Both the position numbers and the translations under genes were made by a program. This document shows positions 10,349 to 19,472 of a stretch of 22,070 nt of DNA, piece by piece. The notes below the pieces were generated by a model that saw nothing but the letters and a program-made list of their open reading frames with translations, did no database searches and was not told where the DNA came from. Origin of the DNA: Candidatus Hydrogenedens sp. (GTDB lineage: Bacteria; Hydrogenedentota; Hydrogenedentia; Hydrogenedentales; Hydrogenedentaceae); assembly GCA_049968235.1 (NCBI GenBank), contig JBMFRC010000033.1:1-22070 (forward strand), read 5' to 3'. How positions within the stretch are numbered: the stretch's first letter is position 1; every line of letters begins with the position of its first letter.

Positions 10349-12898
10349 TTATCGTATCCCTCTTCCACCCAGAGAAGACCTGCCGTTTGAGAATCCTGGT
10401 GATTGCCTCTGGAAAGAAGGGGTGCTCGGTGTAGCGAAGGAAGGTGTATTTACTTTCGGTACGGAAAAACTTGATGGAGCGGAATTGCGTTCTATCGGAG
10501 GGGAACTCATTGTCGTAGCAGAGGATGACGGAGGAGTTACAGAGAAACTCCTAGTACTCAAACTGTTTCTATTGAATGATGGAAAAGAAGAAATGGAGTT
10601 TTTATTTGTATTTCTTGAAATCCCGAAAGATGTATTTCCTCTCGGGACATCAGGGACAGAGAAAGACATATCTTTCTGAGGGGGAAGTGTTCGAACGGAA
10701 ATCCCGGAGTTTCCGCTAATGGATGTTCTTTCTGGGAAGATATTCACATTGGCTTCTCTCAAGGTTCCTCTTGAAAATGTTCCTGCTCCTCTATTACCAT
10801 CTGTTGAACGAATTTGAAATTCGGGAACAGATGTGCGTTGAGGTGTTTCATGTTGATTTCTCACAGAGCCATAAGTCCCAATATCTGTTGGCGTTTGTTT
10901 CATATTATCCCAATTTAAGCCGGAACCTCTTGTATTTCCGCGACTACCCGGATTATTACGGTCTGTTGGTATAGAACGCGGAGTAGTATTGTCTCTATCT
11001 CGATTTGTTGTTCCTGACCCTGAATCATTCCGGGGAGTTGTTCGTGTAGGGCTTGTCGTTGAACCACCTCCGGATGGATCATACTCACGGGGTTTCCGTT
11101 CACCATTCATATCCAGTCTTGAAAAAGATGGGGATTCAATCCCTTTGCGGGAAACTCCCTCTGATTGATTGGGTATTTCGGAGAAGGCATTTCTTATTCC
11201 TCTGTTTACTGCAGGTGGGTTTAGAACTCTTGTCGGAGATGATTCCGAACGAAGTGTATTCCTAACATCAGCACTTCGGACGGGAGAACCTATATTTTCA
11301 CGGACAGATTGTATTTGTGTATTTCGCTCTATAGCCCGAGTAAATCCGGTGTCAATTTCTTTACCTCGAATTGAACTACGGTCCGTTGATGAACCTCTTT
11401 GCGAAAGGACTTCGGGAGCGAAACGGGTAGCAGTTGCCTCTGGAGAGGTGGTGTTTAATCTTACCTCACGGAAAGAACTGGAACGCTCATTTAACATAGC
11501 GGTCCGCATAGCGGAAGAAGGCATTCCTGTTTGACTTCGGAAACCTTGTGTCGAGGTTCTTCGTGTAAAATAACTTTCCAATTCTTCTACACGGGCTCGT
11601 GCAAGTATCCCTGAATTATTATAGTTAGCAATACCTCGAATAGTTCTCGGCGGATTATAATCGCGAACCATCGGCATTGAGTTCTGGTAAGGGATGCGTA
11701 TCCTTTGAGAAGGATAGCGTTCTATATTCCAGACATAAACATTTGTTGGATTGTTTATAATGTAATTAACAACTGTAGGTGCCACAGGTGCGATATAGTA
11801 AGGAGATGTATAAACATAAGTTGCAGGGACATAGGAACAGGCACCTACATAAAAGTTTAGACCACCCACCGCAAAACTAACTCCTGTGGAAACTCGAACG
11901 GGCCGGCAATAAAAGTCTACGGGTGTCCAAATAAAATAATCACCACAACGAACCGTAGCCACCCACGCTGGACTCCATACCGGATCATATCCCCAAACCC
12001 AACCATAACTATCATAATAGACCCAACGACCATAGTGTGTGGTGATATATCCGAAAGGATAGGTCTCTACCCAAACGGAACCTATGGGTGATACATAAGT
12101 CCAATATCCTGTCCGATATGGGACATAATTAATAACGACGGTTGGTCTCCAATAATATCGTTCATCAATAAGAACCCAATCTCCATATCGTGATAATTCT
12201 GTATATCCGATTGTCCGATTTGTAACTTCCACATATTTCGGGGGTGTTTTCACGGGAGCAGAGAGTAATTCGGACCGACCTTGATTCCAGCGGTCAAACG
12301 AATCCATTTCAGTTGTTGCAAAGGATACTACTTCAGAGGGCAAATATCCGACATCAACCCAGCATTGTTTACCACTACTTACAACTTCGTTACCTCCGCG
12401 TTCTGTTGTTACATACACCTTTCCCCAGCGTGTCGAAACTCGTGTTGTTCCACTTTCTCCAATGTCTATACGAACACAGGTATCCGGGTCAAAGGTAATG
12501 TTACACGATGGAGTAGTAAAGCGAACGGTCCCAGAACTGCGAAGTACTCTTTCAACATAAAAAGAACCTGTTATACCATATATGGATAGTTCCGGGGAAA
12601 TCTTAACTATTTTTGCTTTAGAAGCATCTGCCATACGGAAGAAGACACCTTCCGGAAATTCAATCTCCGTGCTACCTCCTTTATCCACCCACAATGTATC
12701 CCCTGTTAGCACAAGTGTATTTAAGGTGGCACGGCTCCAATCTTCATCATCCATCCCCCGAATAAGCGTACTTTCGCCATCGTAACTTACCCGCCCATGC
12801 AAAGGGAAGTCTGTATCTGCAAATACCCAGAATGTAGACACGAGTGCCATATTGAATGTAATTACGGCACAAAATTTTGCTATCTTAAAATATTTCAT
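10349..12898 (-). CDS. Secreted FecR-domain protein with Trp/Tyr-rich domain and long Arg/Ser/Thr-rich disordered C-terminal region (hypothetical)
   Basis: A single uninterrupted 849-codon ORF. The N-terminal signal peptide is 'MKYFKIAKFCAVITFNMALVSTFWVFA|DTD'. Residues roughly 30-200 look like a FecR-type beta-sandwich domain. Residues roughly 230-400 are a W/Y-rich segment ('HYGRWVYYDSYGWVWGYDPVWSPAW'). The last roughly 410 aa are low-complexity and rich in R/S/T/N/P/G. Coding status rests on ORF length, far beyond chance, even in the biased tail. Confidence 0.8.
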   Translation of the reverse strand: MKYFKIAKFCAVITFNMALVSTFWVFADTDFPLHGRVSYDGESTLIRGMDDEDWSRATLNTLVLTGDTLWVDKGGSTEIEFPEGVFFRMADASKAKIVKISPELSIYGITGSFYVERVLRSSGTVRFTTPSCNITFDPDTCVRIDIGESGTTRVSTRWGKVYVTTERGGNEVVSSGKQCWVDVGYLPSEVVSFATTEMDSFDRWNQGRSELLSAPVKTPPKYVEVTNRTIGYTELSRYGDWVLIDERYYWRPTVVINYVPYRTGYWTYVSPIGSVWVETYPFGYITTHYGRWVYYDSYGWVWGYDPVWSPAWVATVRCGDYFIWTPVDFYCRPVRVSTGVSFAVGGLNFYVGACSYVPATYVYTSPYYIAPVAPTVVNYIINNPTNVYVWNIERYPSQRIRIPYQNSMPMVRDYNPPRTIRGIANYNNSGILARARVEELESYFTRRTSTQGFRSQTGMPSSAMRTAMLNERSSSFREVRLNTTSPEATATRFAPEVLSQRGSSTDRSSIRGKEIDTGFTRAIERNTQIQSVRENIGSPVRSADVRNTLRSESSPTRVLNPPAVNRGIRNAFSEIPNQSEGVSRKGIESPSFSRLDMNGERKPREYDPSGGGSTTSPTRTTPRNDSGSGTTNRDRDNTTPRSIPTDRNNPGSRGNTRGSGLNWDNMKQTPTDIGTYGSVRNQHETPQRTSVPEFQIRSTDGNRGAGTFSRGTLREANVNIFPERTSISGNSGISVRTLPPQKDMSFSVPDVPRGNTSFGISRNTNKNSISSFPSFNRNSLSTRSFSVTPPSSSATTMSSPPIERNSAPSSFSVPKVNTPSFATPSTPSFQRQSPGFSNGRSSLGGRGIR

Positions 12899-13141
12899 AT
12901 ATTTGCCCTTTCTATAGGATATAGTTACATATTCAATTGTTAATCTCTTTATCCATTAATAATAAACGAAATACAAATTACGAATATTCAGTGGAAGTAA
13001 TGTATAATCCTTCTTCTTACACCAAAATTCCTCATGCAAAATTACTTAGATAGATAATTTCAAAAAACATAAGTGATTGTATTATCATTTTACCATTATT
13101 AAACATATTAAGATGTAATTCGTGATAAAGGTAGTTTTAAG

Positions 13142-14071
13142 ATGAAATTAGATATAGCAGGATTGTCCGATAAAGGACGTAAAAAGGAAAAAAATGAGGA
13201 CTTCTTTGGTATATTCCGAACAGAATCCACAGATATAAAGTTATTTGAAGATGGGGCTCTTCTGATTGTAGCAGATGGGTTAGGAGGACATATCGCAGGA
13301 GATGTTGCAAGTAAATTGGCGGTATCGCTAATTAAAGATATATTGAAACAGGAACCCTGGCAAGAAAATAAGAATGATGAAATCAAAGATTTAAGAGATG
13401 AAGGACCTCTGCCATTACTTCGTGATGCATTTCAAAAAGCCAATGAGAGTATATACAAGACCAATAAAGATTTGGTAAAAGGCAGTAGACCTATGGGGAC
13501 AACCGCATTAGCAGCAATTATTATCCCCGGGAAAATTTATATTGCAAATGTTGGTGATTCCCGCGCATATCATATCCGTAATGGCGAAATTTTAGAATAT
13601 ACCGAAGACCATTCCTGGATAGATGAACAGGTAAAGCAAGGCTTTATGTCCCGTTCTGAGGCTGAAAAAGACACTCGAAAACATGTTGTAACCCGTTGTA
13701 TTGGCACACATGCAGATATTGAAGTGGATGTATATCGCTGGCACCCTGTATCAGGGGATATTCTACTGCTTTGTACCGATGGATTAACGAATATGGTATC
13801 TGATGAACAAATACTTAAAATTATCCGTAAAGGGGGCACAGCAGGTGAAATTGCTCAACAACTGGTTAATCTTGCAAATGAAAATGGCGGGAAAGATAAT
13901 ATAACCGCAATTGTTACTATCATCGAACCCAAACCCCTTCAGCAATTTTTTCTAAAAACGCGATTATTCTGGCGGAAACACGGCGGGAAAATTCTAAAAT
14001 TTATTTTCCTCTTCCTTTATGGATTGTTATGTGGGATATCGGGTTATCTCTTAAGGGGTTTTATTAAATAG
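13142..14071 (+). CDS. PP2C-family Ser/Thr protein phosphatase with C-terminal transmembrane anchor
   Basis: It carries the PP2C motifs 'NEDFF', 'ADGLGGH' and 'NVGDSRAY' (metal-binding Asp), plus 'CTDGLTN' and 'ENGGKDNITAIV'. The C-terminal 'ILKFIFLFLYGLLCGISGYLL' is predicted to form a single TM helix. Confidence 0.88.
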   Translation: MKLDIAGLSDKGRKKEKNEDFFGIFRTESTDIKLFEDGALLIVADGLGGHIAGDVASKLAVSLIKDILKQEPWQENKNDEIKDLRDEGPLPLLRDAFQKANESIYKTNKDLVKGSRPMGTTALAAIIIPGKIYIANVGDSRAYHIRNGEILEYTEDHSWIDEQVKQGFMSRSEAEKDTRKHVVTRCIGTHADIEVDVYRWHPVSGDILLLCTDGLTNMVSDEQILKIIRKGGTAGEIAQQLVNLANENGGKDNITAIVTIIEPKPLQQFFLKTRLFWRKHGGKILKFIFLFLYGLLCGISGYLLRGFIK

Positions 14072-14091
14072 TCCTCTTAAATATCTTTTTA

Positions 14092-14913
14092 TCAATCCGC
14101 AATGAGGAGTTTGCCTAATTTGTTTTCAGGCTCAAGTTGTAATATTTTTTTACCAACGACTTTAGCCTCTTCCTTTCTTCCCAGCTGTTTCAAACAGATA
14201 CCCTGTTTATTCAAAACCGTTATATGGTTAAATTTTTCATGGTAGAAATAATATTCACGATTTTTGTCCATCCGATTTTCTACTTCACAGAACAATTCAT
14301 ACGATTTGTTATAAAATCCACCAACCAATGCAATTTCTCCACGCATGAAATAACTTTCAGGTTGCTCGGGTGCTACTTCGGTTGTTTTTTCTAACAATTC
14401 TTCTGCTTTCTTAAAATGTTCTTCCGCCTCTTGCTCATGTCCTAACACTTTTTCTGTTTTCGCAAGTATATATAACGCCATAAAATGACTACCTCCTAAT
14501 TGCATCGCTTTTGATGCCCATTCATACGCCTCTACCCACTTCCCTGTGGAAAAATAACATACGGACATACCTATCAGGGATTTCCCGTGATTAGACCTTA
14601 AACTCACCGCCTTCTTAAAAATATCTCCTGCCTCTGTGACCCGGTCCTGACATAAATAAACAAAACCTAATTCCGCCAGAGATGGGATATGTTCCGCCTG
14701 TATACGTATAGCATTCTCCAATTCTTTTTGTGCCTTTAATATCTGCCCCTTACGAAGGTAGCACCTGCCTAACTGATAGTGGACTACATGTGAATTCGGA
14801 TTTAATTGTAAAGATTGCATCAAAGTTTTCTCAGCAGAAGCAAGGTCTCCCTTCATCAATTCTGTTAGTCCTTTATCGTATATCGCATCAAACTCACTTT
14901 CCTTATCCCACAT
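14092..14913 (-). CDS. TPR-repeat protein
   Basis: 273 aa with multiple 34-aa TPR-like units (e.g. 'AEKTLMQSLQLNPNSHVVHYQLGRCYLRKGQILKAQKELENAI'). No signal peptide. It starts 24 nt downstream of aroB on the same strand, which suggests an operon. Confidence 0.75.
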   Translation of the reverse strand: MWDKESEFDAIYDKGLTELMKGDLASAEKTLMQSLQLNPNSHVVHYQLGRCYLRKGQILKAQKELENAIRIQAEHIPSLAELGFVYLCQDRVTEAGDIFKKAVSLRSNHGKSLIGMSVCYFSTGKWVEAYEWASKAMQLGGSHFMALYILAKTEKVLGHEQEAEEHFKKAEELLEKTTEVAPEQPESYFMRGEIALVGGFYNKSYELFCEVENRMDKNREYYFYHEKFNHITVLNKQGICLKQLGRKEEAKVVGKKILQLEPENKLGKLLIAD

Positions 14914-14937
14914 ACAAAGAATCTCCTTGCAGAAAGT

Positions 14938-16050
14938 CTAATCCGTCTTTATTCTTTTTAGGGCACAACGAATAATATCCTCCGGCACATCGCTTTCAAT
15001 AGAGACTTCTCCAATCCGTCGGGGTATAATAAAACGTAATTTACCCGCTTTTGTTTTTTTATCCCGTTTCATGGACTCCATAACATCATCTATTGGCAAA
15101 TCATCCCATCTTATCGGCAAACGATATTTTTTTAATACCTTACGATGTTGCAAGGGCACATCCTCAGGAACATACCCTAGAAGGACACCAACTTCCGATG
15201 CAGTAACCATACCCAGAGAAACCGCTTCACCGTGAAGAAATATCTTGTAATGAGTAACTGCTTCAAAGGCATGTCCGAAGGTATGTCCGTAATTCAAATA
15301 AGCACGTATGTTTTGCTCTTTTTCATCTTTCATTACAATATCCGCTTTAATCTCACAGGAACGGACAATCGGGTATAATAAGCAATCTAAATCTTTCTGG
15401 ATAAGTTGTTCTGCATTATTCTGACAATAATCAAATAATTCTTTATCTGCAATAACACCATGCTTAATAATTTCTGCAAAACCTTCACGATATATCTGCT
15501 CCGGTAATGTCTTCAATAGGTTCAAGTCAATGACAACAGAGTGAGGCTGATAAAAAGCACCTAAAATATTTTTGCCCAATGGATGGTTTACCCCTGTTTT
15601 GCCACCAATACTCGCATCAACCTGCGATACAATGGTCGTAGGAACCTGAATAAATGGAATACCTCGCATATATGATGCAGAAAAGTAACCTGCTATATCG
15701 CCTACGACACCACCTCCCAAAGCAATAATACCACTGGAACGGTCTAATCCTCCTTGTAACATAGTGGTACACATATCTTCTATCTGCTGTATCGTCTTAT
15801 ACTCTTCTCCTGCAGGCAATATATGAATGACATATCCTTGTGGACATACCTTTTTTACTAATTCTTCGCAAATATTCAGGTAGTAGTTCGCAACATTTGT
15901 ATCCGTTATAATTCCGATTTTTCCCTTCCAGTTTAATCGAACTAATTCTTCAGATAATTGGGGCAATATCCCAACACCTACATGAATGGGATATGAATGA
16001 CCACTTAATTTTATCCAGATTGTTTTTAATTTAGTAGAATTGCTCATCAT
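14938..16050 (-). CDS. aroB: 3-dehydroquinate synthase
   Basis: It is co-linear with E. coli AroB as I recall it: 'GEEYKTI', 'LGGGVVGDIAGYFSASYMRGIPFIQVPTTIVSQVDASIGGKTGVNHPLGKNILGAFYQP', 'LNYGHTFGHA' and 'LHGEAVSLGM'. It looks like a canonical DHQS rather than a secondary-metabolism cyclase. Confidence 0.92.
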   Translation of the reverse strand: MMSNSTKLKTIWIKLSGHSYPIHVGVGILPQLSEELVRLNWKGKIGIITDTNVANYYLNICEELVKKVCPQGYVIHILPAGEEYKTIQQIEDMCTTMLQGGLDRSSGIIALGGGVVGDIAGYFSASYMRGIPFIQVPTTIVSQVDASIGGKTGVNHPLGKNILGAFYQPHSVVIDLNLLKTLPEQIYREGFAEIIKHGVIADKELFDYCQNNAEQLIQKDLDCLLYPIVRSCEIKADIVMKDEKEQNIRAYLNYGHTFGHAFEAVTHYKIFLHGEAVSLGMVTASEVGVLLGYVPEDVPLQHRKVLKKYRLPIRWDDLPIDDVMESMKRDKKTKAGKLRFIIPRRIGEVSIESDVPEDIIRCALKRIKTD

Positions 16051-16064
16051 ATCTATACTATGTA

Positions 16065-17093
16065 TTAATGTTTAATTTTAACTGTTTTCCCTGTCAGAGC
16101 AGATTTTTCAGCGGATAAGATAATTTCCAGAGCCTTCTTTCCTTCTTCACCTGTGCAATATGGAGGTTCTAATCCTAAAACGGCACGAACAAAAGCACCT
16201 CCAATATCAATTCCCCAACTTACATTCGTATAGGGTTCAGGAAGAGGGAAAACAATATCGCAAAGGGGTTTCACCAGATTTGCCACAACAGGTTTCTCAG
16301 GATTTACACCTACTTGAAGGGAACCCTGCTCACAATGGAGAATAATATAATCTGCGGACATTCCTTTGACCGTCCATGAGGCGGACAATGTCCCCAAAGT
16401 ACCATCTGTGAATTTCAAGGCAGAGACAAAGTTATCTTCTACTGTAGCATTGGGTTTTTCCAATCGCCCATAAAAAGCACATATCTCTGCCACTTCTTTT
16501 CCTGTCAAATAACGGATAAGGTCTGCCTTATGAACACCCAAATCCGCCATAGCACCAAATCGTGCTTCTTTCTTATTAAAAAACCATTTACCCGTAGGAC
16601 TCCACTCCTCCGGTCCTGCATGGCCAAACATAGCCGTTACATGAAGTATTTTTCCGAGGATACCGCTCTCCACTACCTCTTTGGCTTTCCGATGTTCCGG
16701 AAAACGACGCTGACTTTGATTAACCATGAGTAGCAGTCCTTTCTTCTTTGCGGTATCAATCATTTTTTGGGCTTCTTCCAAACTGGTCGCCATAGGTTTT
16801 TCGACAAGGACATGACAGCCTGAATTTAATGCCATAATTGTTGCAGGTCCATGATATATATTCGGAGTGCATATCGAAACACCATCTATACCGCCCTCTT
16901 TAAACATCTGCCTATAATCGGTATAAACTCGAGCATGAGGTGCAAATTGTTTTGCAAGGGCTTCTGCCTTCTTCTTTTCTACATCACAAAAAGCCACCAA
17001 TTCTGCTTGTGGACATGCATGATAATCAGGAACATGAACTCTTTCCGCAATGGCTCCACAACCAATCACTCCTATTTTCACCTTCTTTGACAT
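16065..17093 (-). CDS. Gfo/Idh/MocA-family NAD(P)-dependent oxidoreductase
   Basis: An N-terminal Rossmann fold 'KIGVIGCGAIAERVHVPDY' is followed by a typical Gfo/Idh/MocA C-terminal alpha/beta domain. RBS AAGGAGA lies upstream. It sits 14 nt upstream of aroB on the same strand. Confidence 0.85.
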   Translation of the reverse strand: MSKKVKIGVIGCGAIAERVHVPDYHACPQAELVAFCDVEKKKAEALAKQFAPHARVYTDYRQMFKEGGIDGVSICTPNIYHGPATIMALNSGCHVLVEKPMATSLEEAQKMIDTAKKKGLLLMVNQSQRRFPEHRKAKEVVESGILGKILHVTAMFGHAGPEEWSPTGKWFFNKKEARFGAMADLGVHKADLIRYLTGKEVAEICAFYGRLEKPNATVEDNFVSALKFTDGTLGTLSASWTVKGMSADYIILHCEQGSLQVGVNPEKPVVANLVKPLCDIVFPLPEPYTNVSWGIDIGGAFVRAVLGLEPPYCTGEEGKKALEIILSAEKSALTGKTVKIKH

Positions 17094-17169
17094 ACTACTT
17101 TCTCCTTCTTGTTATGAGTTGGAAAAATAACAATGTTTTATCAGATTGATAATATATAACTTTTTCAAA

Positions 17170-17199
17170 TTGACATTATTATCCCAAAAAAAGTATTCT
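17170..17199 (+). promoter_or_regulatory. Candidate sigma70-like promoter for the secreted GH-like gene
   Basis: Consensus -35 TTGACA at 17170-17175. A 17-18 nt spacer leads to a weak -10 (GTATTC/TATTCT) about 45 nt upstream of ATG 17249. Sequence pattern only. Confidence 0.25.
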
Positions 17200-17248
17200 A
17201 TTTACATAATTCTGGATATAATTTAATAATTTACTTATAAGGTTTATT

Positions 17249-18412
17249 ATGCGATATAGAATCTTAAGTTTCACAATCTGTTTTTTTATTTCATCCATTA
17301 TCTTTTGCTCATTTATACATGCTCAAACATTACCTCAGGGAAAAATAAAGGATATTTCTCAATTATGGCAAAAAAATTATAAAGATATATTAAGTGGCTT
17401 CGGGAATATGTATAACTTTCATGTCCTGCATGAACCCGGAGCAGAATATCCCTTTAGGGCATGGTTCTCTGGCTGGGCGTTTGAAGATTGTAACAGAAAT
17501 ATACCCAATTTTAAAGGTTGTGATGCTATCTTTACGGCACGAGCCAAAAAATTGGAGGGGACATGGGAAGTATATGCGGGTGATGATACATGGGATAATA
17601 CAGGAAATCCGAAGTTATGGAAACCTCTCTTTAGCCCCTCCGGTACTTATTTTGACGAATGGCATAATGGAGACCCTTCTGTAATTAAAGTGGGGGAAAA
17701 ATATTATCTGGCATATAGTGCAACTGGACATGATAAAGATCGTATTCCTGCCGACAATCCCAATGATACTGATGGCAGTTTTTACTGTATTATGGGAGCC
17801 ATATCAGAAGATGGGATACACTGGAACCGTTCCGAAAAGCCAATATTAGAGTATACTAACGAGTTAGGCGGTAAAGACAAAACAGGTGATGTTACTTTAT
17901 GGGGCACTTATCATCGACCTTCAATTATATATGAAGATGGCAGATTTAAAATCTGGTTCGATTACTGGACACCTCGTGGAACTGCTATGGGCTATGCGGA
18001 AAATCAAGGGGACTTTTTAAAATCGGAAGACTGGAAATTTATTCGTATAGGAGAAAATCCCTGTATATGGGAATTTCCCAACCCCGATGTTATAAAAGTA
18101 GATGATGTATATTATGCTTATGCAGACCCCGGAGGATACGAGAATCATGAATGGAAAGGACGAAAAATCACAGAAGGCATATCTCGCAATGGTATGGACT
18201 GGCAAATCACAGGATATATAGAACCTGAGTCGGATACACCTGCAACACATGTTCCTGAAGCCCTTGTAATGAGGAAAAATGATAAGAACCTTATCTATCT
18301 TTTCTATTCCTGTCAAATTGGCGGAGAGCCTTCTAAATATAATTTTCGATATAATCGAATCCGTTATATGTACCGCGAAGTCCCACCATCTGAAATAAAA
18401 AAAGGAATATAA
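17249..18412 (+). CDS. Secreted beta-propeller glycoside hydrolase-like protein (GH43/GH130-like clan; family uncertain)
   Basis: Signal peptide 'MRYRILSFTICFFISSIIFCSFIHA|QT'. It has repeated blade-like motifs: 'GDPSVIKVGEKYYLAYSATG', 'GAISEDGIHWNRSEKPIL', 'HRPSIIYEDGRFKIWFD' and 'PDVIKVDDVYYAYAD'. The family assignment is by motif resemblance only. Confidence 0.5.
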   Translation: MRYRILSFTICFFISSIIFCSFIHAQTLPQGKIKDISQLWQKNYKDILSGFGNMYNFHVLHEPGAEYPFRAWFSGWAFEDCNRNIPNFKGCDAIFTARAKKLEGTWEVYAGDDTWDNTGNPKLWKPLFSPSGTYFDEWHNGDPSVIKVGEKYYLAYSATGHDKDRIPADNPNDTDGSFYCIMGAISEDGIHWNRSEKPILEYTNELGGKDKTGDVTLWGTYHRPSIIYEDGRFKIWFDYWTPRGTAMGYAENQGDFLKSEDWKFIRIGENPCIWEFPNPDVIKVDDVYYAYADPGGYENHEWKGRKITEGISRNGMDWQITGYIEPESDTPATHVPEALVMRKNDKNLIYLFYSCQIGGEPSKYNFRYNRIRYMYREVPPSEIKKGI

Positions 18413-18455
18413 CAAAAGGAAATAAAATCAAACTGTATTGAAAAACAAAATTTGT

Positions 18456-19472
18456 TTATATCCTTTTTTTAAGAGCATGTTCGACGAATTTCTGTATCAT
18501 TTGTTCATAAGTGATACCCGCACATTTTGCTTCCTGTGGATACAAAGATGTCTGTGTTAACCCCGGAATAGGATTTATTTCTATCCAGACGGGTCCTTCC
18601 TCGTCAATAATAAAATCGCTTCGGCTCCATGTAGAACAGCCAATTGCCTGATGTGCAAGCACAGCCATTTCTTGAACCTTTTGTGTTTGTTCCGGCTCAA
18701 TTGGTGCAGGAGTAATTTCATCCGTAGCACCCGGCGTATACTTCGCTGTATAGTCAAAAAACGAACTCGTTTTAGGGCAAATCTCCGTAACAGGCAAAGC
18801 ACGCGGTGGTATGCCCTCTTCACAATCCCAGACTCCACATGTAACTTCACGCCCATTTATAAATTTCTCTACCAGCACTTCTTTATCCCACTCTAAAGCC
18901 TGTTCAATCCCTTCTAGAAGGGATTCCGCATTTTTTGCTATCGTAACTCCCACACTGGAGCCTTGAGATACAGGTTTTACAACTACAGGGAAACCCAATT
19001 CATTTTCCACACGAAAAACAGAATCGGAACGGTCCCATATCCATGTATCCTGATGGAAAACAACATGGTCAGCAACGCGAATACCTGCTATCTTCGCAAC
19101 CGCCTTGGAACGTACCTTATTCATCGCAAGAGCACATGCAGAACAATCGGAGCCTGTAAACGGAATGTGAAGCCATTCGAGCAATCCCTGAATGCGTCCA
19201 TCCTCACCGAAGGCTCCATGAAGTGCATTAAAAATCACATGAATTCCTATCCGTTTCAATTCAGCAAGGGCTTCTTCTGTTTTCAATATACGTTTCTCCG
19301 GAAATTCCCAATTGAAATTGCGATGGATAATTATAGGAATAGGCTCATATTCTGTTTCGCTTAATGCATGTACCACACCTTCCCCCGACAAAAGCGATAT
19401 TTCATGCTCCGAACTTACGCCACCCATCAATACACCTACCCGTACCAAAGCAGAAGATTTCTTCGGTTTCAT
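18456..19472 (-). CDS. ddl: D-alanine--D-alanine ligase
   Basis: N-terminal 'VGVLMGGVSSEHEISLLSGEGV' and an ATP-grasp core ('EINPIPGLTQTSLYPQ'). Length of 338 aa fits Ddl. Confidence 0.9.
   Translation of the reverse strand: MKPKKSSALVRVGVLMGGVSSEHEISLLSGEGVVHALSETEYEPIPIIIHRNFNWEFPEKRILKTEEALAELKRIGIHVIFNALHGAFGEDGRIQGLLEWLHIPFTGSDCSACALAMNKVRSKAVAKIAGIRVADHVVFHQDTWIWDRSDSVFRVENELGFPVVVKPVSQGSSVGVTIAKNAESLLEGIEQALEWDKEVLVEKFINGREVTCGVWDCEEGIPPRALPVTEICPKTSSFFDYTAKYTPGATDEITPAPIEPEQTQKVQEMAVLAHQAIGCSTWSRSDFIIDEEGPVWIEINPIPGLTQTSLYPQEAKCAGITYEQMIQKFVEHALKKRI

Noticed and set aside
10349-11600. Possibility that the low-complexity 3' half of the 849-aa ORF is non-coding or a pseudogene
   Set aside because: A stop-free stretch of about 1.2 kb in one frame is vanishingly unlikely by chance at this GC content. 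The frame is continuous with the well-structured N-terminal domains.
10422-12785. Eight plus-strand ORFs of 63-121 aa inside the 849-aa gene region
   Set aside because: They are antisense shadow ORFs within a long continuous minus-strand ORF. None has a recognisable motif or RBS.
18420-18470. AAACAAA/TTTGTTT hairpin plus T-run between the GH-like gene and ddl, considered as a bidirectional terminator
   Set aside because: The stem is AT-only with an essentially zero-length loop. It is energetically implausible as an intrinsic terminator.
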